A stretch of DNA of 64,000 nt from an uncultured Bacilli bacterium (GTDB taxonomy: Bacteria > Bacillota_I > Bacilli_A > RF39 > UBA660), in assembly GCA_947589735.1 (NCBI GenBank), contig CANQCR010000001.1, positions 95,809 through 159,808 of the forward strand. The letters are read 5' to 3'. The translations under genes and the position numbers were made by a program. How positions within the stretch are numbered: the stretch's first letter is position 1; each line of letters starts with the position of its first letter. Below the pieces are notes generated by a model, which ran no database searches, was not told the DNA's origin, and was given only the letters and a program-made list of their open reading frames with translations. Positions 38,089 through 47,223 of this stretch are shown here, piece after piece.

Positions 38089-39459
38089 TTAGAACTTGAT
38101 TCTTTTGTTTATATAGTCAACTAATTCATCAACCTTAACAACTTCTTGAGCCATTGTATCGCGGTCTCTTACGGTAACCGTATTGTCATTTAAGGTATTA
38201 TCATCAACAGTAACACAGAATGGTGTTCCGGCGATATCTTGACGACGATAACGTTTACCAATTGATGCCGTCTCATCATAGATAGTCGTAAACTCTTTAG
38301 CTAGCATATCATATAATTCGTTAGCTTTCTCACTATGAAGTTTCTTATTAAGTGGGAAGATAGCTACTTTATATGGTGCTAAAAATGGATGAATCTTCAT
38401 AACTTCACGTGTCTCACCATTTTCTAATTCTTCCTCACAGTAAGCATTATCTAAAATAGCTAGCGCTAAACGATCAGCTCCGACAGTTGATTCAATGATA
38501 TATGGGATAAACTTTTCATTGGTCGTAGGATCTAGATATTCTTGGGATACACCAGAATATTCTTGGTGACGTGATAAGTCATAATCCGTTCTATTGTGGG
38601 TACCATTAATCTCACCCCAACCAAAACAGAAATCATATTCAATATCACAAGCTTCTTTAGCATAATGCGCTAACTTTTCATGATCATGATATCTTAGCTT
38701 TTCTTCAGGTAATCCTAAATCCATAAAGAATTTTTTAGCATATTCTTTGAAATAAGCATATAAGTCACTATCTGTACCCTCTTTACAGAAAGTTTGATAT
38801 TCCATTTGTTCAAACTCAATCGTTCTAAAAGTAAAGTTACCTGGTGTTATCTCATTACGGAAAGCTTTACCTACTTGACCAATACTAAATGGTAATTTTG
38901 TTCGCATTGATCTTTGAACATTTAAGAAATTGACATACTCACCTTGAGCATTTTCTGGTCTTAGGTAAACTTTATTTTTGCCATCTTCCGTAACACCACG
39001 ATGCGTTTCAAACATCAAATTGAATTGTCTAATATCAGTATAATCACTCTCACCACAGTTTGGGCAAGGAACTTTATGTTCCTTAACATAAGCCATCATT
39101 TCATCTTGACTCATACCATCAGCATGAGCATCAGGATCAAAATCATTGATTAAATTATCAACACGATGTCTTACTTTACAGTGCTTACAATCGATTAATG
39201 GGTCTGAGAAACTAGCTACGTGTCCACTTGCTTCCCATACTCTTGGATGCATAAGAATAGCGGCATCAACTTCATAGGCATTAGCTCTTTCTTGAATAAA
39301 ACGCTTCCGCCAAGCATCCTTAATATTATTTTTTAAACGACTTCCCAAAGGTCCATAGTCCCAAGTATTGGCAAGTCCACCATATATTTCACTTCCTTGA
39401 AATATAAAACCATATGTTTTACAAATGTTAACTAATTTGTCCATTGTTAATTTTTCCAT
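38089..39459 (-). CDS. glyS: Glycine--tRNA ligase (alpha2 homodimeric type)
   Basis: EIYGG..WDYGPLG, VWEASGH, YLRPENAQG, FRNEITPGNFTFR, SIGKRYRRQD; start at ATG 39459 behind AGGTGA. Confidence 0.95.
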   Translation of the reverse strand: MEKLTMDKLVNICKTYGFIFQGSEIYGGLANTWDYGPLGSRLKNNIKDAWRKRFIQERANAYEVDAAILMHPRVWEASGHVASFSDPLIDCKHCKVRHRVDNLINDFDPDAHADGMSQDEMMAYVKEHKVPCPNCGESDYTDIRQFNLMFETHRGVTEDGKNKVYLRPENAQGEYVNFLNVQRSMRTKLPFSIGQVGKAFRNEITPGNFTFRTIEFEQMEYQTFCKEGTDSDLYAYFKEYAKKFFMDLGLPEEKLRYHDHEKLAHYAKEACDIEYDFCFGWGEINGTHNRTDYDLSRHQEYSGVSQEYLDPTTNEKFIPYIIESTVGADRLALAILDNAYCEEELENGETREVMKIHPFLAPYKVAIFPLNKKLHSEKANELYDMLAKEFTTIYDETASIGKRYRRQDIAGTPFCVTVDDNTLNDNTVTVRDRDTMAQEVVKVDELVDYINKRIKF

Positions 39460-39513
39460 CTTTTTTCTCACCTTTCTATTAATTATTTCATCACTAATAT
39501 GATCACGTTATAA

Positions 39514-39633
39514 ATAAAAAAACTCCTAGAATGTATAGGGACGAAATATTCCGCGGTTCCACCCTACTTATTCTAGAAGAATCTCTTTATAGTATATTGC
39601 TCGAGGTTGCCAAGCCCGTCATCACAGCGATTA
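39514..39633 (-). ncRNA. T-box riboswitch (Gly), ultra-short form
   Basis: AGGGUGGAACCGCG...UUCGUCCCU antiterminator, terminator with U-tract, GGC specifier candidate, upstream of glyS. Confidence 0.85.
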
Positions 39634-39638
39634 ACTAG

Positions 39639-39667
39639 ATTTTAATACAAAGAATTAATTTTGTCAA
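39639..39667 (-). promoter_or_regulatory. SigA promoter for the glyS leader
   Basis: TTGACA-17-TAAAAT. Confidence 0.8.
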
Positions 39668-39674
39668 TAGGTAA

Positions 39675-40463
39675 TTATCTTTTTAACAAAGACATTACTT
39701 TAGCCTTAGCTTCAATCGTTTCAATATCCCCTTCAATACTTAAAGAGTGACCATGACTAGTAGCCATAAAAGTATTGTTATTATATTTTACATCATCAAA
39801 CATTCCATACATTTTAGCAAACACATCAATAAGAGTTAATATGTTAGCGATATCTTTAGGATCAGCTCCTTTTTCGGAATCTGTATCGGCGTAATAATAT
39901 AGACTATTTTTAGGCGCACGAGGTAAGACACTTTTCTCGCGGTCAAAATAAACAACCCGGCCTGGTTCCGTATAAGGTGTTGTATCAAAAGATATCAACA
40001 TATGATTTGTCTTACCCTTCATAAGTTTAGCTTTAGCAAATGTTAAAACGTCAACTTTACTGCGTTCATCTAAACTTGTAATCGTTCTTTTGAAGAAATC
40101 CATCGCACTATCAAGAAAATGAATCTCTAAATCACCAGCCCGAAAAGTATGACAAAAATCATGGGTTCTTTGAAAAGTTCTTGGTAAGTTTAGTGTTGTC
40201 GTTTTAATTGATGTTGTAATAGGTTCACTCCCAATATGAGCCACCATTAATTTATCGATGAACTCCGGATAAGAAGATGCAAAAGCATCAAGTAAAAAAC
40301 GTTTTGTCTTTTCATCAAATCCACTTTTCGCATTCCCTATCGTTTTAAAATGTAATTCTAGTTTTGATAACATTTCGCCATCTTTTTCCTTGTTCCGGGA
40401 AGTCACTATTAAATATTCTAATTTATTATTTAAAACCGTTGTTAAAAATTCTTCTCTTTTCAT
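39675..40463 (-). CDS. Hypothetical protein, paralog of the upstream neighbour
   Basis: About 262-aa ORF; shares LEYL, LP..F/Y.R..D.C and LID.F...YG.F with 40471-41256. Confidence 0.65.
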   Translation of the reverse strand: MKREEFLTTVLNNKLEYLIVTSRNKEKDGEMLSKLELHFKTIGNAKSGFDEKTKRFLLDAFASSYPEFIDKLMVAHIGSEPITTSIKTTTLNLPRTFQRTHDFCHTFRAGDLEIHFLDSAMDFFKRTITSLDERSKVDVLTFAKAKLMKGKTNHMLISFDTTPYTEPGRVVYFDREKSVLPRAPKNSLYYYADTDSEKGADPKDIANILTLIDVFAKMYGMFDDVKYNNNTFMATSHGHSLSIEGDIETIEAKAKVMSLLKR

Positions 40464-40470
40464 CATATAC

Positions 40471-41256
40471 CTACTTTCCTCGACCTAACGATAAAACTTT
40501 TTGATAAAGAGGATTCTCTTCACTAACCCCATCTAAGACAATTTTCTTTCCATATTCGTTACCAGCTTCAATCCACTTTTTTTCAAGAGTGTACCAATTA
40601 AATGGTCCATAAGTATCCCCAAATGTGTCAATAAGTTTAGAAGCATTTTCATTATCTAATTTAAGATTAGTTCCATAAATAGCATATTCAAGGGTTGCGG
40701 GACCGACATTATGATAAGTTGTTTGAAAAGGTTCACGTACACCAATCGTATGTCCTTTAATACTACTAACAACATCGTGATAGCCAATACTTAAAATACC
40801 AACATTATGACCATTGATAAGGAGTGTCCCATATCTTAAGGCATCACTTATGCTTTGACGATAAAGTCTTAAAATAATTTTCCGCATTCTTTGAATAGCT
40901 AAATCAGTAACATAAAGGGTAAACTGTTTCGTTTTAATTCTAATACACTGATCATAGAATCTAGCATAACGACTAGGTAAAAGTCTGGCATCACCTTCAA
41001 TCGCTTCCGTAATTAAATTGTTACCAAGATTGACATCAATTAATTCACTTAAAAAGTTTCTAGCGCCATCTTGATATTTATCCATTAAGCGTTCCGTATC
41101 CGTAAGAGGTAGTTTTTCAGCTGTATCTTTAAACGCATAATTGAAAGTAAAGCGTGTTCCTTCTTTGCCACGATAACGTTCGTCTTTCGCTTTAATCATT
41201 AAATATTCTAAAGGTAATGATGTTAAATGTTCTAATTTTTCTTCTTTTGTACTCAT
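40471..41256 (-). CDS. Hypothetical protein, paralog of the downstream neighbour
   Basis: 261-aa ORF, AGGAGG RBS, TTGACA-18-TAAAAT promoter. Confidence 0.65.
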   Translation of the reverse strand: MSTKEEKLEHLTSLPLEYLMIKAKDERYRGKEGTRFTFNYAFKDTAEKLPLTDTERLMDKYQDGARNFLSELIDVNLGNNLITEAIEGDARLLPSRYARFYDQCIRIKTKQFTLYVTDLAIQRMRKIILRLYRQSISDALRYGTLLINGHNVGILSIGYHDVVSSIKGHTIGVREPFQTTYHNVGPATLEYAIYGTNLKLDNENASKLIDTFGDTYGPFNWYTLEKKWIEAGNEYGKKIVLDGVSEENPLYQKVLSLGRGK

Positions 41257-41325
41257 AAAACCCTCCTAATATTTTTGCGTGTGTACTTTGATTTTAATAC
41301 AAAAAAAAGATTGTTGTCAATCTTT

Positions 41326-42060
41326 TTAAATGTTTTTTAAACTATTTAGGAAACTCTTGCTTTTTAAATATAGCCCCGTATATCTTTCATAATAATTATT
41401 TAAAAAATCATTAATCTCACTAGTCGCTTCCGGGCTCACATCAATATTATCAATTTTATTGATATCAACATAGTAATACATTCTAATAAGTTTAATTGCT
41501 TTACTAGAAATGAGGGGTTCGGTTGTTCTACAATTAGCGCAAACATATCCCCCACGATCGCTTGATAAAGTAACAATATTATCTGTACTGCCACAATCGA
41601 CACAACGATCTAAAACCGGTAAGACACCTAAATTATCTAGATATTTAAGTTCTAAAATATTTGTTATAACAGCTGGGCTAAACCCTTCTTCAATCTTTGA
41701 TAAACTAGCGATTAAAAGATCAAAAACATCTTCATCACGTCCATGTCTAACCACCTGGGTGGCTAAATCCGTTAAATAGCTGGCATAACTGATAAGTTCA
41801 ATATCTTTTTTTATGTTGGTAAAATTATTAATGACACTAACATCTGATAAAATGGATAACTTATCTTTTTTATAGTAAACATTAAAAGTACCATAAGTAA
41901 GTTTACCGGATACACTTCTTAAAGGACTTTTTAAAGAACGTCCACCTTTAACCATTAACCCGATAATGCCATAATCTCTTGTCAGTAAATTAACAATTTT
42001 ACTTGTCTCACCATAATTTTGTTCACTTATAACGATACCATCAATTTTTTCAAGCATCAT
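41326..42060 (-). CDS. recO: DNA repair protein RecO
   Basis: YGETSKIV..LT...G, C..C / C..C zinc finger, YYERYTG..LKS. Confidence 0.92.
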   Translation of the reverse strand: MMLEKIDGIVISEQNYGETSKIVNLLTRDYGIIGLMVKGGRSLKSPLRSVSGKLTYGTFNVYYKKDKLSILSDVSVINNFTNIKKDIELISYASYLTDLATQVVRHGRDEDVFDLLIASLSKIEEGFSPAVITNILELKYLDNLGVLPVLDRCVDCGSTDNIVTLSSDRGGYVCANCRTTEPLISSKAIKLIRMYYYVDINKIDNIDVSPEATSEINDFLNNYYERYTGLYLKSKSFLNSLKNI

Positions 42061-42280
42061 CGTCAACTTCTTCAAAGCGATATTTTTGTTTTACATCAGG
42101 ATATTTTTCATGATCCACGGGCGAGGTAAACATATCATAAGGACGAACCCAAACTTCATCAGATCCTTGATGACGATAGATAACCATTTTTTCTAGGGTT
42201 TCTGAATGCTTACCAACCGCAATAACTTCCATAATGTCACCCTTAAAATGACGATACTTTTTTCCTGCTTTTACTTCCAT
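42050..42280 (-). CDS. DUF1653-family protein
   Basis: YRHFKG, HSETLE.MVIY, WVRPYDMF, KYP...QKYRF. Confidence 0.88.
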   Translation of the reverse strand: MEVKAGKKYRHFKGDIMEVIAVGKHSETLEKMVIYRHQGSDEVWVRPYDMFTSPVDHEKYPDVKQKYRFEEVDDDA

Positions 42281-42282
42281 TA

Positions 42283-42537
42283 TTATTCTCCTATCTTGAT
42301 GTAATCATCAACTTCTTCAAAACGATACTTTTGAACATATTCGGCATCCTCGTTTAAAGCATTAAATAACTCATATGGACGAACCCAAACCGTTCGTTTC
42401 GGACCCAAAGTCTCATAAACAACAATTTGCTTTGGCCCATCTTCATCAGATGAAGTCGAATCATTAGCAATACAAATAACGCGGTAATAATTACCACTAA
42501 CATGCCGATATATCTTTCCAACAATTATATCTCTCAT
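42283..42537 (-). CDS. DUF1653-family protein (divergent second copy)
   Basis: YRHVSGNYY, VVYE, WVRPYELF, QKYRFEEV. Confidence 0.8.
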   Translation of the reverse strand: MRDIIVGKIYRHVSGNYYRVICIANDSTSSDEDGPKQIVVYETLGPKRTVWVRPYELFNALNEDAEYVQKYRFEEVDDYIKIGE

Positions 42538-42546
42538 AATCTACTC

Positions 42547-42663
42547 CTACATATCAACGTTGTTATTTGCCTCATTAGAATGATTTCTTATATATTCTTT
42601 ATATTTTAAATAATATTCAATTTTTCCTGTATGGATAAATAAATCCCAAAGTAGTTCCTTCAT
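42547..42663 (-). CDS. yqzL: YqzL-family small protein (38 aa)
   Basis: Manual translation MKELLWDLFIHTGKIEYYLKYKE...; W..F..TG.I..YL signature; era-yqzL-recO synteny. Confidence 0.75.
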   Translation of the reverse strand: MKELLWDLFIHTGKIEYYLKYKEYIRNHSNEANNNVDM

Positions 42664-42701
42664 CGTATCACCTACTATATATTGATACGTTTTTCTTTAT
42701 T

Positions 42702-43586
42702 TTATACTTCAAAATCATTAAAGCCATATTCGGTTAAGTATTTTTCTTTATCCCGCCAATCTTTAACAGTTTTAACTAAAAGATTAAGATAAACTTTTTT
42801 GTGAAGTAATTCTTCTAAATCACCTCTAGCTCTAATGCCAATTTTCTTAATCATTTGACCTTGATGACCGATGATAATCTTCTTTAAAGATTCCCTGTCA
42901 ACAATAATATCAATGTAGATGGTATAACTAGTTTTACCAACCTCAACGGCTGTTGTTTGACACGTAAGCGAATGGGGAACTTCTTCTTCCGTTAAATCCA
43001 TAACTTTTTCTCTTACTATTTCAGCCATAATAAACTCTAAAGATTTATTTGTTACATCATCTTTACCATAATAGGCAACCTCATCCGGTAGATAATTTTT
43101 TAAGACTTTAATTAATTCTTTAACATTATCATTCTTTAAAGATGATAAAGGAACAATTTCTTCAAAAGGATATAAATCTTTATACTCTAAAATTTTTTTT
43201 AGGATATCCTCTTTTTTCATCTTATCAACTTTATTGATTACTAAAATAGTTGGCTTTGACACTTCCTTTAACTTATCTAAAACGAACATATCACCTTTAC
43301 CAAGTGGTTTATCATCAACTAAGAAAAGTAAAATATCAGCATCTTCCATACTATAATAAGCTTCTTTGTTTAGAGTTTGTCCCAGCTTATTAGTTGGCTT
43401 ATGAATGCCCGGTGTATCAATAAAAACAATTTGACTATCATCGTCATTATAAATACCTTGAATAATATTTCTTGTTGTTTGCGGTTTAGATGTTGTAATC
43501 GCTACTTTCGTTCCAACAATAGTATTGATAAGCGTACTTTTACCAACATTAGGTCGTCCGATAAGTCCTACAAAACCACTTCGCAT
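42702..43586 (-). CDS. era: GTPase Era
   Basis: GRPNVGKST, KPQTTR, DTPG, NKVD, IIIG..G..IK KH domain. Confidence 0.97.
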   Translation of the reverse strand: MRSGFVGLIGRPNVGKSTLINTIVGTKVAITTSKPQTTRNIIQGIYNDDDSQIVFIDTPGIHKPTNKLGQTLNKEAYYSMEDADILLFLVDDKPLGKGDMFVLDKLKEVSKPTILVINKVDKMKKEDILKKILEYKDLYPFEEIVPLSSLKNDNVKELIKVLKNYLPDEVAYYGKDDVTNKSLEFIMAEIVREKVMDLTEEEVPHSLTCQTTAVEVGKTSYTIYIDIIVDRESLKKIIIGHQGQMIKKIGIRARGDLEELLHKKVYLNLLVKTVKDWRDKEKYLTEYGFNDFEV

Positions 43587-43972
43587 TAATTTAGAGCCTC
43601 TTCATTAAAAGGATATGGACATAATTCGCCGACCGTATGAACTTCTTCTTCCCCTTTTGGATTCATACAAATGACTTTGGCGTCAGTATCAAAAAGCTCT
43701 CCGATAACAGCTCGGCATACAAAGCAAGGCATGCCAATAATATCACTATCACACATTACATAAAGATGTGAAAAATCACCCTTTTTATAGCCGGCACTAA
43801 CAGCACCTAAAATAGCGCTACGTTCCGCGCAGATTGTCGCACCATATGAGGCATTCTCAACATTAACACCTCGAAACTCTGTCCCATCTTTCATAACCGC
43901 AATAGCAGCAACCCGAAAATGCGAATATGGTGAATAACTATTTTCTAATAACTTAACTAATTTTTCTTGCAT
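43586..43972 (-). CDS. cdd: Cytidine deaminase
   Basis: YSPYSHF, NVENASYG.TICAE, PCFVCR. Confidence 0.93.
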   Translation of the reverse strand: MQEKLVKLLENSYSPYSHFRVAAIAVMKDGTEFRGVNVENASYGATICAERSAILGAVSAGYKKGDFSHLYVMCDSDIIGMPCFVCRAVIGELFDTDAKVICMNPKGEEEVHTVGELCPYPFNEEALN

Positions 43973-43980
43973 AAATCCTC

Positions 43981-44406
43981 CTACATTCCTAGTAAAGTCA
44001 TAATCTTTGGTACATAAATAATGCACATAGCAATAACTAAAGCAATGGAGATAGAAAATGTTGCCGCACTGGCACTATCTTTAGCTACTTTAACTAATTT
44101 GTTATAGCTAGGTGAGACTAAATCACACACAGCTTCAATAGCTGTATTTAGTAATTCAATCGCTAACATCACAAGTAGGATAAAGATAATAAGAAGCCAC
44201 TCAACCGGTGTTAGATTCATTGAAAGGCTACCTAGAATAATAACAACCGCAACAATTAGATGGAGAATAGCGCTTCTTTCATAACGATAAAAATTGATAT
44301 ACCCTTCCATCGAATATTTGCAAACATTAAAGATAGCTTTGATACTGAAATCTCTTTGAGGATGATCATAATCTTTATTAACGACAACTTTATCTTTTGA
44401 TTCCAT
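43981..44406 (-). CDS. dgkA: Prokaryotic diacylglycerol/undecaprenol kinase
   Basis: ELLNTAIEAVCD, AKDSASAA; ybeY-dgkA-cdd-era synteny. Confidence 0.9.
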   Translation of the reverse strand: MESKDKVVVNKDYDHPQRDFSIKAIFNVCKYSMEGYINFYRYERSAILHLIVAVVIILGSLSMNLTPVEWLLIIFILLVMLAIELLNTAIEAVCDLVSPSYNKLVKVAKDSASAATFSISIALVIAMCIIYVPKIMTLLGM

Positions 44407-44836
44407 AACTCTCTAAAACCCTTTCTTGAAGTGTAAACATTTCTTTTTCTTCTTCGTCATTCATATGATCATAACCTAAAAGATGAAGAATTCCGTGAAT
44501 TGTTAAAAAGCATAACTCTCTTAAAAGTGAATGACCATAAGCACTGGCTTGCTCTTTAGCTTTATCAATGGAAATATAAATATCACCTAAAACTCTTTCC
44601 TCTAAAGGAATAAATGTATCATCATCTTCTAAAGCAAACGAGATAACATCAGTGGGTCTATCGACACCACGATACTCTTTATTTAAGGTGTGTATTTCAT
44701 CATTATTAACAATAATAACATTAAACACCACTTTATCTAATTTTAGATAATCTAGTGCATAATCAATAAACTTTTGAACCTCTTCTAATTCCGGTATTTC
44801 ATCATCAACTTTTTTAATTAATTCAACTGCATTCAT
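44390..44836 (-). CDS. ybeY: rRNA maturation RNase YbeY
   Basis: LN.EYRG.D.PTDVISF, HGILHLLGYDH. Confidence 0.96.
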   Translation of the reverse strand: MNAVELIKKVDDEIPELEEVQKFIDYALDYLKLDKVVFNVIIVNNDEIHTLNKEYRGVDRPTDVISFALEDDDTFIPLEERVLGDIYISIDKAKEQASAYGHSLLRELCFLTIHGILHLLGYDHMNDEEEKEMFTLQERVLESYGIKR

Positions 44837-44895
44837 AATAAACCTCTAAATCAATTTCATTATATCTTTTTTATATCGAAAAAGCAAACAAACGC

Positions 44896-45411
44896 CTACT
44901 TAGATGAAAAATGATAGCCTATCGCAAACACACCATAGCCGATAGCCCCACCAATTAAGTTTAAAAGGACATCATCAATATCAAAAACCCGGCCAATTTG
45001 CGTTTGTAATAGTTCAATGGAAAGAGATACAATCAAGGTAATTAATAAAATCCAATGAAGACGTGTCTTTCTTAAAAGATAAGCTGTAAAAAAGCCAAAA
45101 GGTACAAACATCAAAGAATTACCAACAACATTTTTAAAAAACAAGCTACTACCAATCGGATAACGAAACATCTCTTTAAAAGGAATTATGTTAAAAGTCG
45201 ATATCCCTTTGCCATCAATATCCTGAAATGTTACCACGTAAAATAAACACATCATATAGATGACGAAAATAAACATAAATATTTCATGATGAATAACAAC
45301 TTTTTGTTTTGTTTTACATAAATAGGCTATCCTTAAAACAATCATCATAATACTACATACTACAATCATTGGCCATATTTGGGAAAACACACCCTCAATA
45401 AATCGATGCAT
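44896..45411 (-). CDS. VanZ-family membrane protein
   Basis: NIIPF, GN.LMFVPFG, IELLQ...GRVFDIDDVLLN..G. Confidence 0.88.
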   Translation of the reverse strand: MHRFIEGVFSQIWPMIVVCSIMMIVLRIAYLCKTKQKVVIHHEIFMFIFVIYMMCLFYVVTFQDIDGKGISTFNIIPFKEMFRYPIGSSLFFKNVVGNSLMFVPFGFFTAYLLRKTRLHWILLITLIVSLSIELLQTQIGRVFDIDDVLLNLIGGAIGYGVFAIGYHFSSK

Positions 45412-46593
45412 CTATTCAACTTCTTTCATTTCTTCTATCGCAACATAATCGCTAATATCTTCATAAACACTAAAGAAGACATCCATCTCAACGCCTGATG
45501 GAATTATTTTACTATCAATAACGTGATGCGAAATAATATATTCATCTTCCTTTAGGGTTTGACGCATCTTTTCATAAGCAAGATTAATAGCCTGAAGTTT
45601 TACTTCTTCGACCACACCCATACCAGATTTAATAATTACTTCTTCTTGTTTTTCTTTTACCAAACTAATTGGCAAAACGTCACTTTTTAATAGTACTACT
45701 TCTTCCCTTATTTTATCATTAAATGGATGAAAATTAAATAATTCAAGCCGATTATTAAATAATTTGACACTATAAACTGTCTTACTTTTACCCGTCTTTT
45801 CCTCTTCATAATAATTAAAAGGATATTTAACTTTCGTCTGGTACCACACTTCTCCGTAAACTTTTCCTGTTGCCGCCACTGTCTTTTTATACTCATCATT
45901 TAAATAAATATAACCACTAATTATAATATCGCCCTTTTTAACATAAGCATACTTATTTTTAATAATTTGACCATCTTTGGCATAGATATCTCTAATAATA
46001 GCGTTCTTTTTAGCGACGACGTGTTGATACTTAGCTTCTTTTTTTTCTTGGGATACAATTCGGGGTTCGAAACGAACAACATAGCGTGTTCCAACCGTTT
46101 CAATTTCCAACCACTCAATCTCATCGTGATACAGCTTAAGGATGTTTTCTTTAACATTTTGTAAATAGGTATAGTCTTTCTTAAAATGATACTTAGAAAG
46201 ATCATATTGTTTTAAAGTTTTCATAAGACGCGTACGCATATCGTTATCATTAGTAATTATTTTAACGTCAAAAATCATATGACTTAAAATAACTACTACC
46301 ATTATAGCTATGAAAACCGTTATTAGCACATGCCAATATTTTAAAATCTGCCTTCTTTTTTCTTCTATTCCTAAATAACGAATAACTTTTAACTCATAAA
46401 TCGTATTTAACGCTAGCAATTTATCAAAATCAGCATAATTGATAATTATCTCATAACGATGCGGATTAATTTTTTTGACGTCTAATAAAGCAATTTTATT
46501 TTTGTGAATACGCAAAATAAAACGTTCAATATTATTACCATCAATCCTTATACATACTTTGCTCTTCATAACATCGATAACATTGTTTTTCAT
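45412..46593 (-). CDS. yqfD: Sporulation protein YqfD
   Basis: IERF, single TM, IEWL.I...GT, VAKKNAII, VKKGDIIISG, A.G.V.GEVWY. Confidence 0.88.
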   Translation of the reverse strand: MKNNVIDVMKSKVCIRIDGNNIERFILRIHKNKIALLDVKKINPHRYEIIINYADFDKLLALNTIYELKVIRYLGIEEKRRQILKYWHVLITVFIAIMVVVILSHMIFDVKIITNDNDMRTRLMKTLKQYDLSKYHFKKDYTYLQNVKENILKLYHDEIEWLEIETVGTRYVVRFEPRIVSQEKKEAKYQHVVAKKNAIIRDIYAKDGQIIKNKYAYVKKGDIIISGYIYLNDEYKKTVAATGKVYGEVWYQTKVKYPFNYYEEEKTGKSKTVYSVKLFNNRLELFNFHPFNDKIREEVVLLKSDVLPISLVKEKQEEVIIKSGMGVVEEVKLQAINLAYEKMRQTLKEDEYIISHHVIDSKIIPSGVEMDVFFSVYEDISDYVAIEEMKEVE

Positions 46594-46596
46594 AAA

Positions 46597-46821
46597 TCAC
46601 CTAAATTCGATACTTTTAACTTCTCCTTTAATTAATAACTCATCATCTAATAGTTTAGAAATAATTAAATCTTTACCGCTAATCCTAATATTGCCACCTT
46701 CATATTTTAAAGTAATCGCATCATCACTAAAAGAAATAATCTCAAGATAATTGACAATATCTAGAGTATTATTTTTTAAAGTCAGAGAAAAACGATGATC
46801 AAAGATATATTCTCGGATCAA
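46597..46821 (-). CDS. yqfC: YabP/YqfC-family sporulation protein
   Basis: I.NY..I..F, G.I.I.G.DL.I..L, I.G.V..I.F; directly upstream of yqfD. Confidence 0.8.
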   Translation of the reverse strand: MIREYIFDHRFSLTLKNNTLDIVNYLEIISFSDDAITLKYEGGNIRISGKDLIISKLLDDELLIKGEVKSIEFR

Positions 46822-46872
46822 ACTATCACCTATTTAAATATATTCATATCCATAAAAAAAAGGACTATGTCC

Positions 46873-47223
46873 TTAATCACGAGCTTTAAAAATAAGACCA
46901 AATACAAAGGAAAAAACAATCGCGCTAACGATACCAGCCGAGGTAAGGTCAAACATCCCCGTAAAAAGGCCCATCACACCAAAATTACTTACAGTATCCA
47001 TCGTTCCGTGAATGAGTAAATGGCCAAAACTAGTTATAGGAACAAGAGCTCCCCCACCACACCATAAAACAAACTTATCATAAATATCAAAGGCATCCAA
47101 AAGAGACCCTAAAACGACAAACAAGCTCGTTATATGACCTGGTGTTAGCTTTGTATTATCAAGAATTATTTGACCAATAAGGCAAACGACGCCAGCGAAA
47201 AGAAAAGCATTAAAGTATATCAT
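46873..47223 (-). CDS. spoVAE: Stage V sporulation protein AE (SpoVAEb type)
   Basis: AFL.AG..CLIGQ, KLTPGHI, GALVPITSFG, TSAGI. Confidence 0.9.
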   Translation of the reverse strand: MIYFNAFLFAGVVCLIGQIILDNTKLTPGHITSLFVVLGSLLDAFDIYDKFVLWCGGGALVPITSFGHLLIHGTMDTVSNFGVMGLFTGMFDLTSAGIVSAIVFSFVFGLIFKARD

